Shown here in pieces: positions 56,229 to 64,000 of a stretch of DNA of 64,000 nt (within the stretch, counting starts at the first letter, position 1; each line of letters starts with the position of its first letter). The stretch is from Nibricoccus sp. (GTDB lineage: Bacteria; Verrucomicrobiota; Verrucomicrobiia; Opitutales; Opitutaceae). The stretch covers positions 2,848,001 through 2,912,000 of the forward strand of contig JASGHG010000001.1 of the NCBI GenBank assembly GCA_047602425.1, given 5' to 3'. A model generated the notes under the pieces. It had not been told where the DNA came from, ran no database searches, and was given only the letters and a program-made list of their open reading frames with translations. The translations under genes and the position numbers were made by a program.

Positions 56229-56906
56229 GTGAAAAAGCCGGACAATACATCGCGGCGGATTTTCCGGCCCTGGCGTTTGGTGGTTGGCGCGGTAGTCGTC
56301 ATTGTTGCCCTGCAATTCGCCTACAGCCGGATTGATCTGAGCGCGCTGCGTGCCGCCACCCTGGAAATGAACGGAGCGTTCGTATTTCTTGCGCTGGTGA
56401 TTTTGCCGCTTCTGGGATTTCCGGTCAGCGTGCTCCATGTTTTCGCCGGCGTGCGCTGGGGCGGTGTAGTGGGCACCTCGCTGGTGACGGCTTCCATCCT
56501 CCTGCAATTGCTGGCCAGTTATGGGTTGGTTCATTTGTTTCGACCCTTGTTTGCGGCGCGCCTGGAACCGCTGCGCCGTCGCATCCCGGAGGGCGCGCAC
56601 GGGCCCGTCTCGTTGTTTACGATGCTGGTTCCCGGTGTGCCGTACTTTGCGAAAAATTACGTGCTTCCGCTGATCGGTGTGCCGCTGCCGACTTATCTGC
56701 TCTGGTGTTTTCCGCTTCATGCGCTGCGCGCGACGGTGCCGGTGATTTTCGGGGATCAAGCCGATCATCTCACCCCAACGCGCATCGTGTTGTTTTGCCT
56801 CTACGGAACAGTTATTGTGCTGTCGTGCGGCTGGGCTTTCCGGCGTCTCCAGTCACAACTTGCAGATCCACCACAAGCGGCAGGTGATCCGACGCAAAAC
56901 GGCTGA
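56229..56906 (+). CDS. TVP38/TMEM64 (DedA/VTT) family membrane protein
   Basis: ILPLLGFPVS, AGVRWG, LVPGVPYFAKNYVL; start uncertain (56163-56229). Confidence 0.78.
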   Translation: MKKPDNTSRRIFRPWRLVVGAVVVIVALQFAYSRIDLSALRAATLEMNGAFVFLALVILPLLGFPVSVLHVFAGVRWGGVVGTSLVTASILLQLLASYGLVHLFRPLFAARLEPLRRRIPEGAHGPVSLFTMLVPGVPYFAKNYVLPLIGVPLPTYLLWCFPLHALRATVPVIFGDQADHLTPTRIVLFCLYGTVIVLSCGWAFRRLQSQLADPPQAAGDPTQNG

Positions 56907-59235
56907 GATGGTTGCGCGGGACAGTGATGTTGCTGACCGCAAGGTTGTCCGAAAGAAAGACGTGATCGATCCGCATGAACGGACGCGCTGAGGTAAAGGT
57001 GCTGAGCGGGCGATGGCCATTGTGACTTCTCTGGGCGTCGCGAAGCCGCTTCGTCGCGAGCGCATAGGGAGGACTGCCCGGGGAAAGATTCATATCTCCG
57101 CAAAAAATCACCGGCTCCGCACTGGGGATGGCCGACAACCATTTCGGTCCCAACAAATCTTTCATCTGCAATACCCGCTCCAGCCTGCCCAGACCGAGAT
57201 GCGTGGTGATCACGTGAACAGGCCGCCCATCAACCAACACCTTGGCCCAAAGCGCCGACCGCGCTTCCTTCCACCAGCTTTTGGGGTCCGAAGGCAAAAA
57301 TGCGCGGTGCATCACTTCTATTGGCCACCGGCTAAGCAGCGCGTGCCCGTAGTGTTCATTTCCCAGGGTCACGGTGGGGCAGAACACAGCGTTCAATCCC
57401 AGCTCCGAGGCGATGATCGAGGCTTGATCTTCAGAGCGTGAACGACGGCGCCCGAGGTCGAGCTCCTGCAAGGCTACGATGTCAGGGGTTTGGCCGGCCA
57501 GCACACGTGCGATCCGTCTCGGTGAAATGCGGCCATCGGTTCCCGCGCAGCCATGGGTGTTGTAGGTGGCCAGCCGAAACCGTGGACCGCTCCACGCGGA
57601 ATTTTTTTTCGTCAATGGTTGCCGTCCGAGGTGGTGCAATGCCGCGGCCCGCAACTGCCCCGGGCGGAGCCATTTTGACGAACCATCAGGCAGAGGTGTA
57701 TGGGCCGGCAGGAGGGCGAACCCCTTCGTTTCCTCCGGTCCGAGACCGGCGTGGGCACCGCTTTCCGGCGCGAAAGTCCACGGTTGCCCGCCCGGGCTCC
57801 AGCCCAGCAGCACGAGATCGCCAGCGTCTTCGTGCGAACAAAGGGCCGCAAGATCGCGTCCGATTTCCGACTTCACCGGTTCGGGATGAGGCACCAGCGA
57901 GGCCACTTCTTCCGGCACTGCGGTTTCGCCATGCGCATGGTACCAGACGATCTTCCCGAGGCTATCTTTTACGAGCACGCCTGGTATGGCGCCGATGGTC
58001 ACGAGACGCTGGGCGAGCGCGCGGCTCTTCCCATCATCGGGCTTTCGCGGAAAATAGACGTGACCCACCGGTCCCACGGCGGCAACGCTGAAATCCTCCT
58101 CGTTGGAGGTGGTGAATGATTCGGTTGAGACCTGTTTCGCACGATATTTTTGGGCGAACTTGCCCTGCGAGACGAAGGCCGGGGGTAATCGCCGTTGGGC
58201 ATGCCGACCGGCTGACGGCGCGCTTGTTTGCGAGGGGCCGAGGCAACTTCGGATCGCTTGTTCCACTCCGCCTTTTTCAAAGGCGAAGGAGCGCGCATGT
58301 TCCTGCCCGTGGTCGGAAAAAATCCAGACGCTGTAATCGCGTCGTCGCGAACGCTGAGCAGCGTTGAAGAGACGCTTGATCGCATGATCGATTTCGCGGA
58401 GCGACCAATGGGCGAAACGCGAAGCCGGTCCGCGGCGATGAGCGTGTTCGTCATAACCGATGAAATTGACATGGACGATGGGAAGCCCGCGTGTGACATC
58501 GATCGCTGCGCCGATGGTGACGAGTTCGCGCAGCCCGGTGCCGATGAAAACGCGGGAGATTGCCATGCCGACCTCCAGCCAAAACGGCTCTCCGTGTCGA
58601 ATGCCATCAATCAAGTCGCAGCAGGCTACAAACATTTCGGCCACCAACTGGCGGGCGATACGCAGCGACGCGGGAAATTGCCCGAGGATGAACAGAAGAA
58701 TGTTTGCGATTTTGCCGGACCTCCACATATCGCCAAAACCGATGCTCGCCGCGCAAAAATGAGTTTCTTCGAGCGCAGCACCGCCGGCGTAGATGTTCGA
58801 CCAGGAACTGCCGCCCTTGAGCAATCCTTCGGCCTTCTCCTGGAGTTTTGCCTCGAAGTCCTTCGCCCATTGCGGAGAGTACATCGCACCGCGCTCCTTT
58901 TTGTCACGGCGGACGAAACTGAATGCCGGCACGGCTGTGCGAACACCATAGTACAACTCTGCCTGCACGGCGGGCGTTGTGGTGGGCAGGCCGGGGTAAA
59001 ATGAACGCAATTCAAAGCCCTCGCGCTTGAGCAACTTTCCTAGAAACGGCAGGTGTCTCTGTTCAATCGCGCGTTCCAGTTGGGTGCGTCCGAGTCCATC
59101 GATCTGCACCAACAGCAGGCCAGGCTCCTCCGAAGTTCCGACGGATGGGGCCAGCCCGAGGTGCCGGATGGCCCATTCGCTGCGGCTTAGTCGTTGGCGA
59201 AGTCCGTGGGCAAACGCTTCGATTTTTGCAAACAT
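56812..59235 (-). CDS. Fusion of alkaline-phosphatase-superfamily (nucleotide pyrophosphatase/phosphodiesterase) domain and EEP (endo/exonuclease/phosphatase) domain
   Basis: N-terminal VQIDGL, GLPTTTP, GYDEHAH, FSDHG, GAHAG; C-terminal ATYNTH, ALQELD, THLGL, GDMN, RIDHVF, SDHLP. Confidence 0.88.
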   Translation of the reverse strand: MFAKIEAFAHGLRQRLSRSEWAIRHLGLAPSVGTSEEPGLLLVQIDGLGRTQLERAIEQRHLPFLGKLLKREGFELRSFYPGLPTTTPAVQAELYYGVRTAVPAFSFVRRDKKERGAMYSPQWAKDFEAKLQEKAEGLLKGGSSWSNIYAGGAALEETHFCAASIGFGDMWRSGKIANILLFILGQFPASLRIARQLVAEMFVACCDLIDGIRHGEPFWLEVGMAISRVFIGTGLRELVTIGAAIDVTRGLPIVHVNFIGYDEHAHRRGPASRFAHWSLREIDHAIKRLFNAAQRSRRRDYSVWIFSDHGQEHARSFAFEKGGVEQAIRSCLGPSQTSAPSAGRHAQRRLPPAFVSQGKFAQKYRAKQVSTESFTTSNEEDFSVAAVGPVGHVYFPRKPDDGKSRALAQRLVTIGAIPGVLVKDSLGKIVWYHAHGETAVPEEVASLVPHPEPVKSEIGRDLAALCSHEDAGDLVLLGWSPGGQPWTFAPESGAHAGLGPEETKGFALLPAHTPLPDGSSKWLRPGQLRAAALHHLGRQPLTKKNSAWSGPRFRLATYNTHGCAGTDGRISPRRIARVLAGQTPDIVALQELDLGRRRSRSEDQASIIASELGLNAVFCPTVTLGNEHYGHALLSRWPIEVMHRAFLPSDPKSWWKEARSALWAKVLVDGRPVHVITTHLGLGRLERVLQMKDLLGPKWLSAIPSAEPVIFCGDMNLSPGSPPYALATKRLRDAQRSHNGHRPLSTFTSARPFMRIDHVFLSDNLAVSNITVPRNHLSRFASDHLPLVVDLQVVTGDAGKPSRTTAQ

Positions 59236-59251
59236 TGGATTTAGAGACTAG

Positions 59252-60552
59252 TTAAGCAGAGGCGACTTTTTGCTCCTTTACCGCCGCCACCGCCTCGACC
59301 ACTGCATGGGTTTTTTCCGCGAGCAAATTCCATTCGACACTCAAGCGTTCGAGAAGCGTGCCCCACGGGTTGAGCCAGGTGAGCAGCCGCTCGCGTCGTG
59401 TGGCCTTGAGGACGTCACCGTAAAAGGCGAGAGCGGTCTCCGCGCATTTTCTTTGGGAAAATTCCTCCGCGGTCTTGCGGGCGGCATTTGCGAATCTCTC
59501 GCGACGGTCGGGCGAACTTTCCAGCCGGACGAGCGCCGTTGCGAAATGCGTCGGCGGTTCGTCTTCGGCGAGCATGTAGCCGTTGGCCCGATTGCTAACC
59601 ACTTCGCGAACGCCCGACGCGTCGAGCGCCACCACGGGCAAACCAGCTGCCATCGCCTCAGCCAGCACCATGCCCTGCGTTTCGCTTTTCGAGGCAAAGG
59701 CAAAGCAGTCCATGCCGCGATAGGCCGCATGGAGCGCCGCGCCGCTCAGTTTTCCAAGCAGCAGCAATTTTTCGGGTACGCCGTGTTTAGCGAACGTTTC
59801 CGTGAGGACGTTTTCCGCGGGCCCGCGCCCGCCACGGCAAACCGGGATTCGGGGATCTTTGCGCAGAATCGGGCCACGGCTTCGGCCAGGTATTCGAGGT
59901 TTTTCTCAGGCGCCAGCCGACCCACGTGACCCACCACGAAAACATCGTCGGCCAGCCGGTGTTTTCGCCGAAACCGTTCACGATTTCCGGAGGCGAAGGC
60001 GGCCACGTCGATTCCCGACGGAACCACTTTTATTGGTACAGTTACACCGCGCGTTTTGATCAGGTCGGCGATACTTTCGCTCGGGGCAATGACGCCATCG
60101 CAGAGGTTGGCGAAGTCGGTGGAAAGCTGCGCGGCGAATTCACGGAGCACCGGCGAGTTGAAGGGGACATAGTGGGTGTAGTCCTCGTATTTGGTGTGGT
60201 GTGTGAAGATGACCGGCACGTTTTTTTTCGCCGCCACCCGGAGAGCCGTGTCGCCGAGCAGGAACGGATGATGCGCATGCACGATGTCGGCGGCAAAAGC
60301 ATCGAGCCGTTTCGACCAAACCGTGGCGACCGGCAAACGCACGGAAAAATCGCTGCCATTGAAGTTTTGAATCGCTGGCACGCGATCGACGATGGCTTCC
60401 GCGCGTTTGGGCAGCGGTTTGCCATCGAAAATCGGAGCGACGACAAGGACGTCATTTCCAAGGGCGAGATACTCCTCGGCAAAGGAACTGACAGAGCGGG
60501 CGACCCCGCCGACATGCGGCAGGTAGGTATTGGTCATCATGCAAATATTCAT
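59252..60552 (-). pseudogene. GT4 glycosyltransferase (diacylglycerol glucosyltransferase-like) split by a single-base frameshift near 59817
   Basis: 5' half MNICMMTNTYLPHVGGVARSV...HAHHPF...VGRLAPEKN...VAGAGP; 3' half in a different frame LLLGKL...FASKSETQGMVLAEAMAAGLPVV; adding one base between 59818 and 59817 restores GP-x-ENVLTETFAKHGVPEKLLLLGK. Confidence 0.85.
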
Positions 60553-62810
60553 AGTGAAGGGAGAAGAAGTAGTTCGGTATGGGCGGTCGTGTTTCTGACT
60601 GTTTGCGGCAAGTATCCCGGGACGCGGATTTCGAGCGGTGGTGGGACGGAGCGCCATTCGCCGGAGACAGCGACGTTCAACCCCGACTCGCGCCGCCCCA
60701 GCCTGACCGTTGCCCGACCGAACGGAGTGAGCGTGGGGCCAAACGACGCCTCGCCTGTGGGCGGTATCCACCGATCCATCACACCGCAACCAATCACAAG
60801 AGACCCATCCTCTTCGCGCACGAAGCAATTCCGGATGATCATCGCCCATTCCGCGGCGGCCCAGATATGCTGCCCGTCGCCCATGCAGCCGCCGAGTGTT
60901 CGCGGGTGGATGGCCTCCGGCCACTGGCCGGTGGGGGAGGCGAGTTGCGCCACGCGGTCGATCGCATCCCAAGCCAGACGGAGATCGCCGGCCCGCAGCC
61001 AGACTTGGGCGAGATGCAAGGTCAGGTAGGCGTTGATTCCGGAATGAATCATGTTTTGGAAAAATCCGCCCGAGTAACTGCTGTGATCGCGCAAATAATC
61101 GGCCGTCGCCAGCAGGCGCGCATCTCCGGGCTGAAACAATTGCAGTGGATAATCCGCCACGAGATTCCCTACCGCGCCGGAATCCATGCGGCGTTTCGGT
61201 GAGGCCGGAATGGCGAGCGGAAAACGACGCTGTGGGCCGCTGGGAAACGACAGCACGACCGTCTCCAGAAATTCATCGGCCTCCAAACGGCATTTCTCAG
61301 CGAGTTCCGCGTTGGTTCTGACGAGGAGTTCGGCGGCGCAACGCAATCCTGCTACGCCCCAAAAGTCGTCCCAGTAATAAAAATCGTTCGGCCCGAGATG
61401 TTCCGCGCTGAACCCCGCCGGCAGCAGCCCGCTTTCAGTCCGGCCTGGCTTGCGTGGAAGACGCTTGCGAGTGATCCACCGTGCGCCTTTCTCCACCGCT
61501 GCCAGCCATTCTTCGGGCAAGGCTTCGCCGCTGAGTTTTGCGAAGCGGTGGTAAATCCAAAGCGCTTCGCCGTTGGAATCCCATTCGCCTTCCTGCGAAA
61601 GAAAATAGCCGTCGTGGCGTTGCCGGGGCGCGAAGCGAGCCAACGCCCGCCGTGTGCGGTGAACGTCGCCCAAGGAAAGAAGCGCATTGAGGATGAACGC
61701 GGCGTCGCGAAACCAAAAACGTTTGTAGGTGAACGGGCCGGGATAGACGTCCTCGGGGGAATGCAGCACCAGATTGGCGCGGGCGGCGTCGTAGAGATGT
61801 TGTATTGAAGCATCCGATACGCTCAATCGGGCGAGCGGCGTGAGCGCGGCCGACCACGAGGGGATTGCGGAGTAGTGGAGACGTTTTTTCGGCTCCAACT
61901 CGTCGGAAATGGGAACGCGCACGCGCAACGTGCCAGCGGTCAATTCGCGCACAGGAAACAACGCCGCCGCGGTCGCCATGCCCACGTGACATTTCACTTC
62001 GCGGGCGTCGTTATCTTCGCGCAACGCACTGGAAACGTCGCCATCCGCATACGTCGACAGCAGCTGACGCGCGGGCGCGCGGTCGAAATTCACGAGATTG
62101 CGCGCATTGATCCGCCACGCCCAGGGCTCGGAGATTACCTCTACCGAATGGATTGGGCTGATGCCCTCGGGATTGTAGGGACGCAAACCAACGACGATAT
62201 GGCCGGCCTCGAATCCCTTGGCGCAAATTTCAATCGAGCACTGTGGTTCGCCATTTTCGAGTTCCAGGAAAACCTGGCTTTCAAGCGTGCCTGCGTCGAC
62301 GGGGACCTCAGTGCTCACGCGAATATCCTCATCAAGCAGCAGCACCTGTTTGCATCCGGCGGATTTTGCGGGAAGCAAAAGTGGACCGCTTTCCGGCAAC
62401 CACCAGAAATCGAGCGACCAGCCGTCGAACAACGGCGTGACCAACCCGCGCGGATCGATCAAGGGGTAAAACGGCACATCCGGCAAACCCACAGCGGTCC
62501 AGTTGCGATGAGTGAGATTGATATGGCTGAACGAAAACGCGCGAGGAATGAACGAGGTGCTCGCGGGATCGAATTGTTGCTCCACCCAATACGGCCACGC
62601 CCAGTCGAGATTGTGTTGAATCGCCTTCGTATTGATCAACCCGCGCGCATGAAACAAAATGCCCGCGCGCAGCAATTCGATCGGCTCGCCGACTTCAGAC
62701 GGTTGGGCGAATCTTCGCAATTTTGCCAGAAACGAAACGGGATCCATTACCCCGTAAGCGCGCGCCATGCGGGTCACCAAAGCTCGGCCAAGCCAGGAAC
62801 GAAAAGCCAT
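60549..62810 (-). CDS. Six-hairpin (alpha/alpha)6 glycosidase-like protein
   Basis: YKRFWFRDAA, GEWDSNGEALW, GLLPAGFSAEH, YWDDFW, WPEAIHP, GDGQHIWA; beta-rich N-terminal half; ATGA overlap with GT4. Confidence 0.72.
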   Translation of the reverse strand: MAFRSWLGRALVTRMARAYGVMDPVSFLAKLRRFAQPSEVGEPIELLRAGILFHARGLINTKAIQHNLDWAWPYWVEQQFDPASTSFIPRAFSFSHINLTHRNWTAVGLPDVPFYPLIDPRGLVTPLFDGWSLDFWWLPESGPLLLPAKSAGCKQVLLLDEDIRVSTEVPVDAGTLESQVFLELENGEPQCSIEICAKGFEAGHIVVGLRPYNPEGISPIHSVEVISEPWAWRINARNLVNFDRAPARQLLSTYADGDVSSALREDNDAREVKCHVGMATAAALFPVRELTAGTLRVRVPISDELEPKKRLHYSAIPSWSAALTPLARLSVSDASIQHLYDAARANLVLHSPEDVYPGPFTYKRFWFRDAAFILNALLSLGDVHRTRRALARFAPRQRHDGYFLSQEGEWDSNGEALWIYHRFAKLSGEALPEEWLAAVEKGARWITRKRLPRKPGRTESGLLPAGFSAEHLGPNDFYYWDDFWGVAGLRCAAELLVRTNAELAEKCRLEADEFLETVVLSFPSGPQRRFPLAIPASPKRRMDSGAVGNLVADYPLQLFQPGDARLLATADYLRDHSSYSGGFFQNMIHSGINAYLTLHLAQVWLRAGDLRLAWDAIDRVAQLASPTGQWPEAIHPRTLGGCMGDGQHIWAAAEWAMIIRNCFVREEDGSLVIGCGVMDRWIPPTGEASFGPTLTPFGRATVRLGRRESGLNVAVSGEWRSVPPPLEIRVPGYLPQTVRNTTAHTELLLLPSL

Positions 62811-63008
62811 ATCGCTATTGTCCGCGCCGGCAGACGGAAGTGCCGAAGTATAAAACTGATTAATAATCAACGGAATCCGGATGCCGCATTAGACCATACC
62901 GTAGGAGATTTTCCGATGCGATATGGCGGACGTTGCCCGATTTGCGACCTGACTCGGATTTGGGGACAGCGTGTTAATAAGTTCTCCTCGCCACGAGTCC
63001 GGGAAAGT

Positions 63009-63024
63009 TGGCATGGTCGACGCT
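63009..63024 (+). promoter_or_regulatory. Possible sigma-54 promoter upstream of the TonB-dependent receptor
   Basis: TGGCATGgtcgACGCT: GG/GC spacing correct but -12 TT replaced by AC. Confidence 0.3.
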
Positions 63025-63178
63025 TAGCACGACCGCACCTGCCTTCGTTACGGTCTGGTTAACTCCTACAGCGCGCAGTGATTGCCAGTTGACTGGAGTT
63101 TCCGGGTCGATTGCGTTGCGCAAACACCAAGTCGCCGCCTCCAGCTCCGGCCCTAACTACATCATCTACACTAACACC

Positions 63179-64000
63179 ATGCGCTCCTCCCGCGTACGTA
63201 CGCTTCAACAAGCTGCTGTTGCCCTCGCAATGTTTGCTGTTTCGGCAAGCCTTCAAGGTCAGACCGCGCCTGCCGCCCAACCGGCTTCATCGGAGAACCC
63301 CGACGACGTCGTTACACTCGAAAAACTCGAGATCAAAGAAATGCGTGAGTTTTCTGACCAAGCGATCTCCGGAAAGACGCCTGTTTCCTTCTCGGAAGTC
63401 GGCAAGGACCTGATCGCTTCGCAACTCGGCTCCCGCGACATCCCGCACCTGCTGAATAACACGCCGTCCGTGTATGCCACGGCCGACGGCGGTGGCGCAG
63501 GCGACGCCCGGATCAATGTTCGCGGTTTCAGTCAGCGCAACGTGTCCATCCTGATCAATGGCGTTCCCACCAACGATATTGAGAACGGCTGGCTCTATTG
63601 GTCGAACTGGGACGGCCTCGGTGACGTGACCAGCACGATTCAAATGCAGCGCGGTCTGAGCAACGTCACGCTCCCGACGCCCTCGATCGGCGGCACGATG
63701 AACGTCATCACCGATCCCGCTTCCAGCCGCCGCGGCGGATCTCTCAAATTTGAAGTGGGCAGCGATGATTTCTACAAAGCCACCGCGGTCTACAGCACCG
63801 GTATGCTGGCTGATAAATTTGCCGTCACCGCCGGCTTGGTTGGCAAATCTGGCCAAGGTTACTCGCTCGGCACCTGGACCAGAGGCATGGGCTATTACCT
63901 CGGTTCAACTTGGAAAGTGAGCCAGAAAAACCGTTTGGAATTTTTCCTCGTCGGCGCGCCTCAGGAACACGGTCAGCGCCGTTTCGCGTCGAATATCGCT
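63179..64000 (+). CDS. TonB-dependent receptor, N-terminal part (signal peptide and plug), runs off right edge
   Basis: Not in ORF track. My translation from ATG 63179: MRSSRVRTLQQAAVALAMFAVSASLQG...DDVVTLEKLEI...LLNNTPSVYA...INVRGFSQRNVSILINGVP...IQMQRG...SIGGTMNVIT. Confidence 0.92.
   Translation, partial: MRSSRVRTLQQAAVALAMFAVSASLQGQTAPAAQPASSENPDDVVTLEKLEIKEMREFSDQAISGKTPVSFSEVGKDLIASQLGSRDIPHLLNNTPSVYATADGGGAGDARINVRGFSQRNVSILINGVPTNDIENGWLYWSNWDGLGDVTSTIQMQRGLSNVTLPTPSIGGTMNVITDPASSRRGGSLKFEVGSDDFYKATAVYSTGMLADKFAVTAGLVGKSGQGYSLGTWTRGMGYYLGSTWKVSQKNRLEFFLVGAPQEHGQRRFASNIA

Noticed and set aside
63025..63178. Riboswitch in the TonB-dependent receptor leader
   Set aside because: No TPP, cobalamin or other aptamer consensus recognised

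Overview
GC-rich bacterial chromosome segment, most consistent with Opitutaceae (Verrucomicrobiota); this is inferred from the VPDSG-CTERM protein, pilin style and gene content. Left to right: 5' part of a type II secretion secretin (off the left edge); aroC; a degenerate CobW-like protein; a VPDSG-CTERM surface protein with a sigma-54-like promoter and enhancer box; eda; an orphan Xre/MbcA/ParS-type antitoxin; a pectin side-chain/arabinogalactan cluster (CE12, GH35-GH43 fusion, Tat-exported GH42, GH51); larE-larC-larB divergent from a Ni/Co ECF transporter, with no larA in the window; tRNA-Leu(TAA); nadD-rsfS. Next is a partly lower-GC region (about 21.4-32.5 kb) where a type IV pilin sits among a GT-C-like transferase, a FkbM methyltransferase, a methyltransferase-GT2 fusion and two membrane-embedded spermidine-synthase-like SAM proteins, with an intact IS5-family element inserted. 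Then DedA/VTT, xseA, msrB, TetR, SRAP, ACT, DEAD-box helicase, DUF1294; a six-gene DUF4159-MoxR-DUF58-BatA/vWA operon; a TPR-like protein, a rhombosortase-like protease, miaB, gmk; a glycosidase-like/GT4 (frameshifted)/dual-phosphoesterase operon converging on a second DedA gene; and the 5' part of a TonB-dependent receptor. A family of degenerate inverted repeats with about 9-nt periodicity recurs in four intergenic regions. Best candidates for an undescribed system are the pilin glycosylation/methylation locus and the glycosidase-GT4-phosphoesterase-DedA module. All calls come from reading motifs by eye; no database search was run.
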